From the NCBI GenBank assembly GCA_026936335.1, contig JAPMXV010000003.1, positions 62,001 through 126,000 on the forward strand: a DNA stretch of 64,000 nt, given 5' to 3'. Both the position numbers and the translations under genes were made by a program. The stretch comes from Mantamonas sphyraenae STR306 (Eukaryota; Protista; CRuMs). The notes beneath the pieces are model-generated. The model saw nothing but the letters and a program-made list of their open reading frames with translations, had not been told where the DNA came from and made no database searches. Positions within the stretch are counted from its first letter, which is position 1; each line of letters starts with the position of its first letter. Positions 11,201 through 24,523 of the stretch are shown in pieces.

Positions 11201-14200
11201 GGAACACAGATGTCCCACGTGAGCGGCCTTCTGCCTGTGAACGGAGCCGGCAACAGCCTGGTGGACAGCGCGGCCAAGCCGTCGCAGCACCAAGTAGAAT
11301 TGCACGCACGTGGACAATTGGAGTGGACGCACGCCATGCAGTTTGACGTGTGGCGAGCGGGCATCGAGTTTGACATGCAGAGTGGGAGTGGGAAGCCCGT
11401 GCTTCTGGCAACGCTGGGCCAGGCATACCTGAGCGCGGACGACTTTAGGTCGTTCTGGTCACTGCAACGGGCAAACATGGATTCGGACAGCACATTCATT
11501 GGCAAGATGTTTGTGCTTCCGGTGCACGCAACGGACGAACAGGGACGGCGCATCAAGTGGGGTACCATCACAGTGCTGCTGAAGATCCTACGACCGCAAC
11601 TGCTGGATGTTGTGCTGCAGCGTGGAGCCGACAGCGAGATGGACCAAGGAGCCGAGGCAGAGCAAGCCTCGGAGGACGCCTACCGCCGCACGAGCCTCAG
11701 TGTGAACATCAGTCGTGCTGCGGGTCTTCAGAGTGCGGCTGTGGCATTGACCCCATCGTACCCGTTTCTACGCCTTGCGTCACGGTTTGGCGTCAATGCG
11801 TACGCCACCGTGTCGCTGTTGGGCGATGATGCGCTGGAGGCCGAGTACAGCACGGAGGTTGTGGCACGGTCGTTTTGCCCCGTGTTTGACTTTCAGAAGG
11901 ACGTCAACGTGTTGCTGACGCCCACGGTGCTGCGACATTTGGAGACTGGGTATGCCACGGTCAAGCTTTGGCACCGTATCCCGCGAGGTGGGTCGGATGG
12001 TTCGTCGACACCAGCGTCCACGGCGTCGTCGACGCAGTTTTCTGCAGTGGCTGTTGCGTCTCCGCGACCGGACGTGGTGCTGGGCGTGCTGCGCATTCCG
12101 CTGCGCGAAGTTCTGCTGCGAGAATCCGGGGTGCACGGTTGGTATGAGATGCGTTCTCCGCTGGGAGAGAGCGTGGCCTCGATTGAGCTGAGCGTGTGTT
12201 TCAGCAGCAGCGACAGCCGAGCACATGCTTTGGAGCTTGTGGAGCAGGCACATGGACCACAGAAGCCCATGTCTCAATCACCGTCGCTGGCTCTGGAAGC
12301 ACACGACGACAGGATGACTTTTACGGTGTTTGTGCAAGACATGACGCTTGCGTTGACGTCTTTGTTGCCTCTGGACGAGATGGCAGAGCAATTGCATGGG
12401 CGATGGGTGTACGTGGCATACCGAGTGCCCGGATGTCAACTTGTGCGCTCGGTGCCCGTGCGCATTCAGCAACGCTCCAGTGTGGTCCACCTGCGCCACC
12501 GTTGTTCGTTTGTTGTCGATGTAACGTCGTCGTTGGAGTGGTCGCTGCGGGAGGAACCGATGGAAATTGGGGTGTGGACGAGCAGCAGCTTTGAGCCAGG
12601 ATCGGGTGCCTCAGATTCGTTGCTGGGCTGTGCATACGTGCACCTGAGCGAACTGTTGGTAGACAAGACACACACTGAAGGTGACCATGAGAGGGACGAG
12701 GCGCCTGTGAGCAGCTGGGTGAATACGACGTGCGCGGTGTTTCATCCGGATGCACCTCAGCACCTGCAGGCGCGGCTGAGTGTTCAAGTGGCCAAGCAGC
12801 ACGGTGCAGTACATCCCAACAAGGCTCCCAGTGTGGCCAGCGTGCGAAGCAGGCAGACATCCGTGCATAGCGAGGCAAGCTCAAGGAGTCGCAGCACGGC
12901 GCCGGGACCGCAGCACGGAGAGGGCGAAGAGAGCAGCGATGAGTCTCAACACACAAGTCACACCGCATCGACGATTGCAGCGTCGGGGCTGATGGATTTC
13001 AGCTCAACCAGCGGCGTCGGGGCTGTTGAGCGAGAGGAAAAGCTGGTGCAAACATCGTTCACGTCGTCGGAAGACTCGCAGTCAACTGTGCGAGAGGACG
13101 ACAGGGCAGACATGGTGTTCCACGGAGCTCTGGACAGCGAGACTCAAAATGCGGTGCATGTGGACATGGTGGAAGCACGGCATCTGCCGCTGCAAGTGTC
13201 GAGCCACTCGCGCGAGATCCGCGAAAAGCCAAACACATTTGTAAGCGTGCGGTGGAACAGCAACGCACCGTTGCAGTCGGCCATTGTGCACGACAGCGTC
13301 AATCCTCATTGGGATATGAGCTCCGTGTTTCCGGTGCAAATGGATGCGTTCTTCTGGAGCTACGTGAAACAGGGCGCGCTTGTGTTCAAGGTGTTCCACG
13401 TGGCGGCTGAAGCGCTGATGGACAGCGTGGTGGCAGAGGAGACCGACGCGGGCGCGGGTGACTTTGTTGGCAGCGCACGTGTGCCATTGTTCCCACTACT
13501 GAACGGCCTGGACATCGACGGCTGGTACCAATTGCGCAATTTCAAGGACGAAGAGGTGGGACTGGTACGCGTGCGTGTGCACATGAACACGCGGCTTGAC
13601 TCGCATCGAGTGCGCCAGTTGCAACCGAGCAGTGACGAGTACAAGCACGATGTGGAGGGCTACAGCGACGCAAAGCTGACCACTCCTGGGTTGAGCTCGT
13701 CGACGGGCCGCAAGCGCCGGGTGCGGCACGAAACCGAGGGAGAGCAGGAGCACCATCAGCACCACCACCATCATCGTCATCACCATCACCACCATCCAAT
13801 CGGCTTTGGGGACACGCTCAAGTTCAGCACGCACCCCGAGTCGGAGAGCGAGAGCAAAATCGGCCTTGTGAATATGCTGATGATGAATCTGGATGCTCTT
13901 GAAAGACAAGTGGGCTTAAGCGAAGGCAACGAGGCTGCTGCGGCGGGTGCAGCGGAGCCGAGCAAAGGCGTGGACCGAAGTATCGACGTCGTGCCCAGCG
14001 ACCAAGCGGTGGAGAACATGATGAATGCGGCTATGCAAAACCTGGCTGATCAGATTCGTCAGGCCGTGCAGACGGTGGAGGAGGAGCAGGAGGAGCAGGA
14101 GGACGTGCCAGAGCAGGCGAAGCCCGGTGTCGCTCAGGAGGTGGAGGCTGTGGCACAGGCTGAGGATATCAGCACAGGTGCGGATGACAAGGTAGAGGCA

Positions 14201-14872
14201 GTTGAAGATCATGAGGAGGAGGAGGAGGAGGGAGAGGAGGAAGTGGTGGTGGTGGCGGAGGAGGAAGAAGAACAGGTGGATGGTCCCAATGAGATGGAGC
14301 CACAGAGCGGGCAGGTAGTGGACGACGCGCAAGCACAGAGCGAAAGGGAAGCCGAGACGCAGATGGACGAGGAGGAGAGCGACGTGGAAGAGACGGTGAC
14401 GGATGTAGAGGCGCGGATTGCGTCGGAAGCACAGGCTGAAGCTCGGCGGACGATTGAAGAGGTGGAAGGCAAGGAGGAAGCACAGAGGCGTGGTATGGAC
14501 TCTCTGTACTCGGGCAACAAAAAGAGGGTGCAGGCAGCAGTGTCCGAGTCGGATGAGGACGACGACGACGATCTGGTAGACTCTGGGTGGCGCAAATCGC
14601 CGCAGAGCGCACTGGACTATGCGCGAGGCCCTCGTCACGATAGAGGAATCTATCCTGTGAGCGACGATGAAGACGAGGATGAGAGTGGCGGGGCGTACGG
14701 TGGACGCGCAGCGACAGAGCGGGCAATGTCGTCGCTGGAACGAGCAAAGCGGTTCCAGATGAACTCCAAACTGACGAAATCCGAAGCGTACATGCGGGCT
14801 CTGAAGAACACAACATCGACGTATTCAAAAGAAGCGGAGCGCATCGAGAGGATTCTGAAAGGCAGTGGGTAG
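8250..14872 (+). CDS. C2CD3: C2CD3-like centriolar/ciliary multi-C2-domain protein; intron 8717-8919
   Basis: N-terminal SLPPLVHG...VVVRAKWWGE and YLQDM..LVLDV...VGELHVS match the C2CD3 N-terminal C2 domain. Several further C2 domains follow (RSFCPVFDF, GVHGWY, IDGWY), then an acidic tail. Confidence 0.85.
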
Positions 14873-14918
14873 GGGTGTTGGGGTCGGCGCGGCGGGCAAC
14901 AAAACTTCTCCTCGCAAA

Positions 14919-16481
14919 ATGCATCGACTGCAAACAATTGGGGCGCTGGGCACACGTGCATGCAAGCGTCCAGTAGGCGTTGTGCGGACAGGAATGATAG
15001 TGTCTCGCCATGGCGGGGTGCAGGTGCAACGGGCGTCGGTGACAACCGCGCGAAGGATCGTTCCTCGAGTTTGCCGAGGTCCCAGCAACGAGGTGACAGG
15101 TGCTGAATTGGGCATGAGGGCACGCATGGCACTGGTGGAGAGTCACACGAGCACACAAGGGTCGATGGCAGAGGGCTCGCCTCTGGTGGTGCGCAGTGCG
15201 GGGCGTCCAGAGGGTTCGGGAGTGATCTTCCGCGGGCAAGTTCGCTTTTCCAGCAGCAATGCAAGCAAGGGCAAGAGTGGCGAGGCCGTGAAAGAGGCGG
15301 AAGCCGGAACGTCGGGAGCGACAGCAGAGGGTGCAGTGGCAAAGAGTGGCGATGGGCACGTGGCGCCCGTGGTGAACTGGTCGCCGCTTTTGCAAGAGCT
15401 GCGAACGGCGCAAACGCGCTGGCAGTTGCACAAGTGGAGCTCCATGCCGACCTCTGCACGAGGACTTGCCGTAGGCATTGTGAAGAGTGTGGTGACGTTC
15501 AGTCCGACACGGGCTATGGCAGCTGTGCGGCCGACGCTGGTGCGTACGTACAACTGGCTGCGCTCGGTGGACTTTGTCAACGTGTGGGCGACTGTGAAGC
15601 GGGAGCTTCGCTTCTACTGGTCGGGTCTCAAGCTGTTGTACCGCGAGTCGCTGTTCACATGGGAGCTTCTGAGCAGGCACTTTTTCACGAGCGAAAAGAT
15701 GACACGCCGTGAACGCGCGCAGCTGTGGCGCACCATGCGGGATCTGATCAAACTGGGTCCGTTTGTGCTGTTGCTGCTTCTGCCTGGTTCGGGCATCTTG
15801 CTGCCCATGGTGGCACGATTCTTCCCCAACGTGCTTCCGTCAACGTTCCTCTCCCAGGTGGACACCAGCGACTCGATGACCATCAAGAAAGACGTGGCAC
15901 AGTACCTGAAGTTTGCCATTGGCGAGGTGATGGCCGACTCGCGAGTCAACCAGGACCTGTACGACCAAGCGGCAGCCAATGCCGACGTGGACCTGCTGCT
16001 TTCCAAACTGCAATCCGGACAGCTGGGCAACATCGAGGACGAAGAGCTGATCAACTTTTTGCAAGGCTTTACAGATGACTTTATCATTGACAAGTTGTCG
16101 CTGGCACAACTATTCTTCCTGGGACAATACCTCCGGGTAGACGTGACTGGGCGGGTGAACGGACTGCGCGTGCGCCTCAAGACCAAGATGCGCACCATCC
16201 GAAACGACGACAAGCTGTTGACATACAACAACAACGAGTTTCTGGAGCAGCTGAGCAGCGACGAGTTGACGCGGGCGGCAAAGATGCGACGCATCACAGG
16301 TTCGTCCGTGGAAGATCTGGGTGAGAAGCTGAGGACGTGGACTGCGCTTTCTAGCCTCAATGTGCCTCTGTCGGTAATGATCCTCAGCGGTGCGTTCCAC
16401 TCGTCGCCGTACAGCAAGCCCAAGTCGCAGCATGCCGGTCAGGTCGAGGCACGCAAGCGCATTCTGCGTGGCGATTCGTGA
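14919..16481 (+). CDS. LETM1/Mdm38-family mitochondrial inner-membrane protein
   Basis: Arg-rich presequence-like N-terminus; YWSGLKLL, TRRERAQLWRTMRDL, Pro-containing TM helix, FPNVLPSTF and DDKLL are LETM1-domain motifs. Confidence 0.85.
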   Translation: MHRLQTIGALGTRACKRPVGVVRTGMIVSRHGGVQVQRASVTTARRIVPRVCRGPSNEVTGAELGMRARMALVESHTSTQGSMAEGSPLVVRSAGRPEGSGVIFRGQVRFSSSNASKGKSGEAVKEAEAGTSGATAEGAVAKSGDGHVAPVVNWSPLLQELRTAQTRWQLHKWSSMPTSARGLAVGIVKSVVTFSPTRAMAAVRPTLVRTYNWLRSVDFVNVWATVKRELRFYWSGLKLLYRESLFTWELLSRHFFTSEKMTRRERAQLWRTMRDLIKLGPFVLLLLLPGSGILLPMVARFFPNVLPSTFLSQVDTSDSMTIKKDVAQYLKFAIGEVMADSRVNQDLYDQAAANADVDLLLSKLQSGQLGNIEDEELINFLQGFTDDFIIDKLSLAQLFFLGQYLRVDVTGRVNGLRVRLKTKMRTIRNDDKLLTYNNNEFLEQLSSDELTRAAKMRRITGSSVEDLGEKLRTWTALSSLNVPLSVMILSGAFHSSPYSKPKSQHAGQVEARKRILRGDS

Positions 16482-16557
16482 TGCGAATGTTGGTGAATTC
16501 AACGCAGCAATGGATGCAATGGTTCAGAGTCTGTATGTGCATTTGGCTGAGGGGGGC

Positions 16558-17477
16558 TCACTCGGTGATGCTGTGGATGGCAAAGTCGACAAACTCGTCG
16601 GCGACGTTGCTGGTGTCCTTGGGTGGATTGAGCTGGGTGACCTTGAGGTACTGGCGCTTGATGCGACGCATCTCGCTGACAGTGACCTTGCGTGTGTAGG
16701 GCCAGCGTGTGTCTGCCCCAGGGACGGTGAGCTCGTCGCCCGGGAGAGCTTGGCCTTGCTGCTGGACCAGAGAGGTGATGATGTCCTGAACAATCTTGTC
16801 GATTTCGTGGAGAAAGTTGCTGTCTGTGAGTGTGGTGAGTGCTGTGGCCATGACGGGCGCAGGGGCCTCTCCCTGGAGGATGCTTGTTTCGAGTTCGTCC
16901 AGCGGCACCTCTGCGTCCTCGTACACAACCCACAGGGGCCTGTCCCACTTGCGCTTGTCATTGGGCACCTCCATGCGACCCCAAAGATCCTCAAGGCTGC
17001 AGTGATGCGTTGTGATGGGTGCGGTGTGGTGTGAGCAAGTGGAGTGGCACGAACATGGGCGGACTGGGCCTGACTTTGCACGTACATCTCGTCGCTGTAG
17101 CTGTCCTGGCCTTCGTCGCGCTGCTGATTGTACTTTACAGCCGCTTCATAGTCGCACTCTGTGTACACGACGGCAGTGGGTGTGGGTAGGGCGCGTGCGA
17201 TGCAAAAGAGTTCGTAGCGGAAGCCCTTGATGTAGTTGAGGGAGTCGCAGATGACGACGGTGTCCTTGGTCAGCTCGCGTTCCACCGCATCACGCAGGGT
17301 GCCACGCATCATCTTTTCCTGCTTGTAGCTTGCGTACTCGTCGTTGCGAACGAGTTCCAGGCTCTCTTCGTTGATGAGCACCACGGGAACTCCCTTTTCC
17401 TCGAAATGGGCAGCAATCTGCGAGGCTCGCTTCGTCTTGCCAGTGGCTGGGCGGCCACACATCATGATGAGCGGCAT
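16558..17477 (-). CDS. KTI12: KTI12 (Elongator-associated P-loop protein); intron 16997-17085
   Basis: MPLIMMCGRPATGKT P-loop, DSLNYIKGFRYELFC, and after splicing RMEVPNDKRKWDRPL. Confidence 0.93.
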
Positions 17478-17557
17478 GGCAGGGGAAGGGAGGGGTGTGG
17501 GCGCTTGGGATGTGCGCGCGGGCGCTGGCAACCAGCAGCTCACACTCTCTTCCAAAG

Positions 17558-18798
17558 ATGCGCGTTTGGGTGCTTCTTGCCCTTGTGGCCATGTGTGTTG
17601 CCCTTCAGCGTGTGGGAGACATCTCACAGTGTCCCCAGCTGAGTGCACACGACTACCCTGAAAATGTGACGGCTGTGCGGCCGGACGACGTGAGTGAAGA
17701 GTGAGGCGGCCCTGACCTGTGCTGCAAGAGCCCATCAGCCCCGTTCTGACCGCAACCCGCCCCCCTCCCCCACCACCACCACCTGCAGATTCGTGTGATG
17801 ATGGCCCTGGGCGATTCCATCAGCGCTGGGTTTGCTATGCACGCTGACCCTGCGATTACGGGCTTCCGCGAGTTCCGCGGCGACGTTTTCAGCATTGGAG
17901 GCGACGCAGGCCAACCAACCATCTTCAACTACATGAAGCATTTCTCTCCCAACGTGGTGGGAGCGAGCGAGGGTGTTTCCTCGTTCCTGGACGTCGTTTG
18001 GTTCAAAAATTTCAGTATCATTGTAGGTTCCAAACCCCCCCCCTTTCTTTCGCTCATGGGCCACTGACACACTACCAAACGACGCAGCCACATGAGCCCA
18101 AGATTGACCATTTGAATGGGGCGCAGAGCAATGGACGTGTGGAGCATCTGTTCGAGCAAGCCCAGTACGTCCACAAGACGATGCAGGAGCAGTACCCTCA
18201 AGTGACGGACGACGACTGGAAGATGATGACGGTGCTCATCACTGCCAATGACTTGTGTGTGATTTGCCAAAACGCACCGCACTCCCAACCCGAGTTCATT
18301 CGAGAGTCGCTCAACGTCACTTTGAACTACATCCGCTCTGCATTCAAGCGCATCATCATCAACATTCTTCCCATGGTGGACATTACCCAGGTGGCTACTC
18401 TGAGCCACAAGGGTGACTTTTGCTACTACACTCATGAACTTCTGGGCGAGTGCCCTTGTGTTTGGGAGTCTGACGCCACACGTGCAGACATTGTCAAGAC
18501 AAACGCCATCTACACGCAAATCTTCCAGGATGCCGCCGACGAGTGGAACAACGTGTACAACGACTTTGCCATTGTGCTGCAGCCGTTTGCGTCGCAGACC
18601 AAGTTTGATCGTTCGCTGATCTCCAACCTGGACTGTTTCCATCCAAACAGCGTGGCGGACAAGATGATGAGTGTGGGCTTGTGGAACAACCTGCTGCAGA
18701 AGGGCAGCCAGAAGCAAACGTCGACGTCTCCGGAGGACACGCTGATGTGTCCCGAGAACGACTCGTTCATTTGGGTTCCTGCTGCGGGCGAGGCTTGA
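17558..18798 (+). CDS. Secreted phospholipase B1-like GDSL/SGNH lipase; introns 17690-17788, 18023-18087
   Basis: Signal peptide, VRPDD|IRVMMALGDSISAG, EFRGDVFSIGGD, DDWKMMTVLITANDLC, LDCFHP and LWNNL. Confidence 0.88.
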
Positions 18799-18829
18799 GC
18801 AACGTGTGCACAAATGGACGGCGATGCCA

Positions 18830-19233
18830 TCACTTTTTGACGTTTCCTTGTGCGTCGATGTCGTCAAACTTGTCCTGCTTCAGCATAAACATCGGATATC
18901 TGCAGGGAGTGGACGGAACAATCGACGAACGGACACGGGTGAGCCCAGAGCATGATGGGGCGATGCACATGCACACACAAGCCGGTTCGGCACACCAAAA
19001 CAGCAATGCTATTCTTGGGCATGCATCTGTGGCGCCAGCACTCACGTGTAAAAGGCCAGAACGGCGCCTCCGAGCGCCAGGCCGACGGCGGCGTTGCGTC
19101 CCTTGTACGCCGCCGGATTCCTTGGGCGGATGCCGCCGGATTTGAATTCACCGTGCATGGTCTTGCTCAAGTCCACATTCTGCTGACGCACCTTGTCGAC
19201 CAAAGTCTTTGGTGGGGGCGTGTGCTTGGACAT
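18830..19233 (-). CDS. COA3: Cytochrome c oxidase assembly factor COA3-like small membrane protein; intron 18900-19045
   Basis: Spliced product ...RNAAVGLALGGAVLAFYT|YPMFMLKQDKFDD matches the COA3/CCDC56 pattern RN-TM-Y..(S/K)Q(D/E)xF. Confidence 0.7.
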
Positions 19234-19286
19234 TGGTGGTGGGGGTGTCGTTGCGGCGGCCAGCGCACCCATTCGATCACTCACCG

Positions 19287-20391
19287 ATGTCTCGCCGAGG
19301 ACTGTTTGCTGGACTGAGCAGCGTGAGCAAGGCGGGCGTTCTGTCCCGTGGCTCGGCCATGAGCGAGGTAAGAGGCATGGATGCAGTCAAGGCGTGGCAT
19401 TAGGAGGAGGGTGAGCAATGCATGGCTGACACACTCGACGCACCCTGTTTCGCCCGCGCCATCGTGTTCTGTGGGACACTACACATACGATCGCCTGGTC
19501 CACCTTGTCTTTGGTCGCCGCGCTTCCCTTGCGTGCACAGAGGAGCGTGCACACCAGTGCCAGCACACGGGCTGGGCTGGCACAGCTCAACGTGGTGAGT
19601 TTTTGCGAGCGCGCGTCGGAAGCGAGAGGGCCGCCGTCGGAAACGCACTGTGCGGCGAGTGCGGCGTCCACACGCACCGACGATGCTCACCCGGCCCCAC
19701 CACATGCACACAGCATCGCGACACAGAGGAGAACAACGACGATACGCCGTTTGAATGGACGCCCGCGTCGCTGGAGGAGTTGGAAAAGCTGTTGGCAAAG
19801 TACCCGTCCAACTGCAAGCAGGCCGCCGCGCTGCCTGCCCTGGACATTGCCCAGCGCGTCAACGGCGGCTGGCTCTCCCTCAACGCCATGAAGGCTGTGG
19901 CCGACCTGCTCGAGATGCCCCGCATCCGCTTGTATGAAACTGCGTCGTTCTACAGTATGTTCAACCGCCGCCGCATCGGCAAGAACTTTGTGCAGGTGTG
20001 CACCACCACGCCCTGCCAGATTCGCGGTGCCTACGACATCCTCGAGGCTGCCGAGGAGAAGCTGGGCATCAAGGCTGGCCAGACCACCCCCGACTGGGAG
20101 TTTACCCTCATCGAGGTCGAGTGTCTCGGCGCCTGCGTCAACGCACCCATGGTCCAGATTGGGGACGACTACTACGAAGACCTCACCAAAGAGACCATGA
20201 CTGCCGTCCTCGACGACTTTGCCAAGGGCAAGAAGCCCACCCCGGGTCCCCAAAACGGTCGCAACATGAGCGAAGCTATCACCGGCAAGACCACGCTCCT
20301 CGGCAAAATCAACGGGCCCATGTGCCGCGAGGGCATCTTTGACCATCAAAAGGCCCCCGACTTTGTCCCTGAGCATCTGCAGGACAAGTGA
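19287..20391 (+). CDS. NDUFV2: NADH:ubiquinone oxidoreductase 24 kDa subunit; introns 19368-19540, 19595-19713
   Basis: Mitochondrial presequence, HRDTEENN, and the 2Fe-2S motifs CTTTPC and ECLGACVNAPM. Confidence 0.96.
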
Positions 20392-20420
20392 ACATGCATT
20401 TCCAGTCACCCCGTTCCTTC

Positions 20421-23400
20421 TCACTGCCCTCCTGTCTCCACACGCCCTGTAGCGCGTTCCAGCTGCCGCAGTGACTTTGTCAGACGCAAGAAGAATCCCT
20501 TGCTGGGCTTGCGTGTGAAAAAGGCAAAGTCCTTGTGCCACACGGGGCGTGGGGCTTCTCCGTCGGCCGCGGACGATGACGATGACGACGATGAAGACGA
20601 CGATGACTCACCACCAGCGTCTTGATCGCCCTCATAGTTGGCGAGCTGCAGCAGCGTGCGGCAGCGTGTGAGGAGGGCGTCCAAACGCGTGGCCAGATGG
20701 TGAGCAAACACATCTTCAAAGTCGGCCGGCGGCTTGACGCTGTAGCGAGCCAGGACCATGAGATTGAGGAGGAACACCTCTTCGTTGTAGTTGTGTTCTG
20801 CGCGGTCGCCGACGTCGCTGCCGCGCTCGTGCTCATTCATGGGCTCGTTCCAGTACGGAAACTCGGTAAGCACCAGCGAAAGCAGGGACACGACGACCTG
20901 CAGCAGGGTGGACACACCTTCCGTCCACTCCTGCCTCACATCTTGTCCAGGCCACGTGTTCAGAAGCGACAGGCACACCTTGCCTTCTGTGTACAAGTTG
21001 GGGTTCAGTTTTTCACCCATGCTGTTGAAGTGCACCAGCGGCGGGTCTGCAGGGTAGGTCCCGGGCAGTTGGACGTCAAATGTAAACACGCCGTCTGCAT
21101 ACGGTGTCCCCTGCGGGCCCACCAGCAGGATCTTGAGCAGGTCCGACCGCTCGTCCGTCACACGCACATATGCCCCTTCCGGCAGGCTCTGCAGGCTGCC
21201 GTAGTCTGTCATTACTGCCTGTGTAAACTTGTCGATGCTCGTTGAAGGCACAAACGTCTGGTCCGCCGCGTGATGCTTGCTAAACTGCTCCACCTCGTCA
21301 AACCGATCCGGTTCCATCAGAACCTCCTCTTCCTGCTTCTCCTCCTCGCCCTTCTCAACCACCACTGCCTCTTCCTTTGTTTCCTCTGCTTCGCTGCTCT
21401 CCACAGTCTCGGTGCTGGAGACACCGGCTCCCTCTGTCTCGCTGCTGCTGCTGCTGCTGCTGCTACCGGACGCGGCCGCTGTGCGTCGTGCGTCCTCCTC
21501 TGCAATTGCCCGTCCTCCTTCCATCAACGCTTTCACGTCGACTGTGTTGCTGCTATCTACTGTGGCCTCTGCGTTGCTGGACACCTGCGCCGAATTGCTT
21601 TCCAGCTTGCTGTCGACGTGATCGTCCGAATCATCGTCATCATCGTCCTCATCGTCATCGTCGTACTCGTCTTCGTCGCTGCTGTCCGCAGTCTCTTTCC
21701 AATGAGGGGAAGTGGACGCGACCTCGAACGCCTGCATCTGGTGTTCCTCAACATAGTCTTCTTCGGTGATGAACAGGCGGAAGAAAGGAACGAGCTCTTC
21801 GGTGCCGTCCACCCACAGCACTTTGACCAGTCCATTGGGAAACAACTCGATGGGTTCGCCCACGTCGCGGCCCATGCTCTCCGCAGGCAACTCCTCGAGC
21901 GGATCAAACAACGCTGGCGGGTGCTTGTAGAGACCCATCTGCAAGGTTCGCTCCGGGTTGGCCAGCGCACTCAACTTCTTGCGCAGCCTTCGCTTCTGGT
22001 ATGTCGCTTGTGCTGCTTCGTGGTCGTCCTTGTGCGCCCGAAGCAGGTATCGAAACAGCGGCGAGTTGTCAACGACCTCGGGATTACGCGCCTCCATCTG
22101 TTCCTGCATATTGTCTGCGCGCAGCTCATGCACCATTTGCATGACCACATGTTGCTCCACGTGTGCCTCGACGGCCCTGCCCATGGCCTCCCAGTCATTG
22201 ACCGTCGTGCAGGAGTCGTTGTCCGCCAGCCGCACCACGCAGTCCTGCTGGTTGCAAGAGTACAGCTCGCACGGCGACAGGTCGTACATGGATACCTCCT
22301 CCACGCAATCACTCACGTTGGCCAGGCTTTGCATCGCACGCTGGTAGTCGTACGTTTCCAACGCCTCTGCTTCTTTGGCAGCAAGCTCGTCCAGGAACGC
22401 ACAACTGGACACCCAAAACACAGATGCTACGCGGTCTGTCTCATCGCAAGACACAACCACGCCAATGCGTGCGTCGCTCGTGGGGAAGCCCTGCTCGTCG
22501 GCTGACGAGGTGTCGCGCTCAAACACAACGGTGCCTGGAAGCATAGGATTCTCCAGGTTGGGCATCAGGTCCAGGTGGCTCATGTTCTTGCTCACCTCGC
22601 CATCTTGCCACAGCACATCGCACTTGTTTTGCAGCATCATCACTTCCACCATGCCGCCCGCCTGGTACTCATCCAAGTTGAACTCTCGGGCTTTGGCACG
22701 CGCTTCTGTCCACGCCTCCCACTGCTTCTTGCGGTTTTCCAGCATCTGTGCCTCGGCAGGATTGCTGGAGACAGAGGCTGATGTAGATGAGGACGAGGAC
22801 GACGAAGCGCCTTGCAGGTTCTCCGACGCCCATGCCTCCAAGGCAGCGTCGTCAAAGATTGCATGGTCGCCCGGCGAGATGTATGTGTCACCAAAGGCAT
22901 TGAGATGGTAGATGTCGGACACGGGCACGATGGAGGGCGGGGTGCCGTCGTCGAGGTTGAAGACATCGACCTTGTCGGCGGTGTTGATGTTGCTGTCAAC
23001 CACAGAAAAGTCACCACGAGGAGGAACCACCCAGATGACTTGCACATAGTGGGGGGTGCTTTTGGCCACCATCAGGTGTTCCAAGCGTGCGGACACCCGC
23101 TCGCGGATGGGTTTGTGGCCAGGGAGGCTGGGCAGGCAGGCCAGCGCCTCGGGATCGACCACAAGGGACTTCATGATGGGCAGTGTGGGGTAATCTTCCT
23201 CGTCGACCATGTGCAGGTTGTACATCGGATCAATGTCGAGGGCGTTGCCGTCGGGCTGCACAAGCGACATGTCTGGGAACAGAGAGAGCACCTTGTGACG
23301 CTGGGCCAGGTCCGGATGTTCGTAAGGGTCGGGAACCAGCTCCAACCGGTAGCGGGTCAGGGTCACCTTGCCGATCCAGCCGGTTTTCTGAAGAATGTGG

Positions 23401-24249
23401 GAGAAATTCCGAGCGGGTCAGTGTGGTGAAGCAAGGGAGCAGGGGGCAGATTGGGAGAGGGGAGAGAGAGGATGCGTGGTTACAGGCGTGGGCGGGGGTG
23501 GGAGGCAGAGGGGTGCACATGGTCCGCAACCTACGTGAACAACAAGGGTTTCGTCTGCGATCTCGGTGAGGCCGTGCATCTTGTGCAAGAGAACGCCGTC
23601 GACCTGGGTGTCTGTGAGGACAAAGCGCACTCTTGCCATGTAGTTTTCACGGATGACGATACCTGTACGGGGAGAGGAGGGCTGACCAGGCGTCGGGAGC
23701 GCGTTGACGCAGTTGCCACGCTGGAACTCTCGCCAAACGACGGTAAGGCTGTCCACCGGAAGCATATAGAACTCGGGGCGCATCTGCTTGCGGGCGTGTG
23801 TCAACCCGGCCCACACGTATCCGGGCTTGAGGGGCTGTTGGCAGGATTGGGGCGCAGGAAAGTCAGCAGCGAGGAGTGTGGGGAGCGGGAGGTGAAATGC
23901 GTGTGGGCCACGTCCGCAAACGTACCAGCATGGTTTCGCTGAAGTACTCGGACGGATGAAAGGTGGTACCGAGTCGAGTGGCGGCCTCTTCAGAGGAGTC
24001 GTAGGTCAGAATGACGGGAAGGCCGTCCAAGTCGGTGAGGAGTTCGTCGTGCTGAGGAAGCCACTCGTTTTCCTCCTCCATGTTGCCCTGTTGGTACACC
24101 AACTCCACCGTGTACATGTCAGGAGAGCCTGCCATGGTGACGATATCGTCAACAAACACCATGTTGTTCTGCTCCTGCGCCATGGCGTTGTTGTTGGCGT
24201 TTGCGATTCCGTTGCTGCCGTGATGGCATTGCTGGACATCTGCTTCCAT
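20421..24249 (-). CDS. UBE2O: UBE2O-like (E2-230K) large ubiquitin-conjugating enzyme; introns 23784-23925, 23388-23534
   Basis: C-terminal UBC domain (GPQGTPY, LNPNLYTEGKVCLSLLNTW, PYWNEP) plus the UBE2O conserved regions WIGKV, DVLWQDG and EEVSMYDL. Confidence 0.88.
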
Positions 24250-24523
24250 GGCAAGCAACGTTTTTTGGGGGGGGTGGGGGAACCACGAGTCAAATGTACC
24301 CAGGTGACCATCCCGTGCAAACAGTCATGGACGAGAATGGGGAGTGGAAGCGAGAGCCTCTTGGGGCGGGAAACGCCCTGCGTCGCATTGCACAATGTTT
24401 TCACGCTCAGTGTCTGCGGGAAGCAGCATTAGCATGTGCTGCGCAAGATCCGTGTCTGCATCAAACGCCGTGCTTGTTCTGCGGCTGTCGGGCGAAGCGC
24501 CAGGGCAGCCAACGACACACGCG

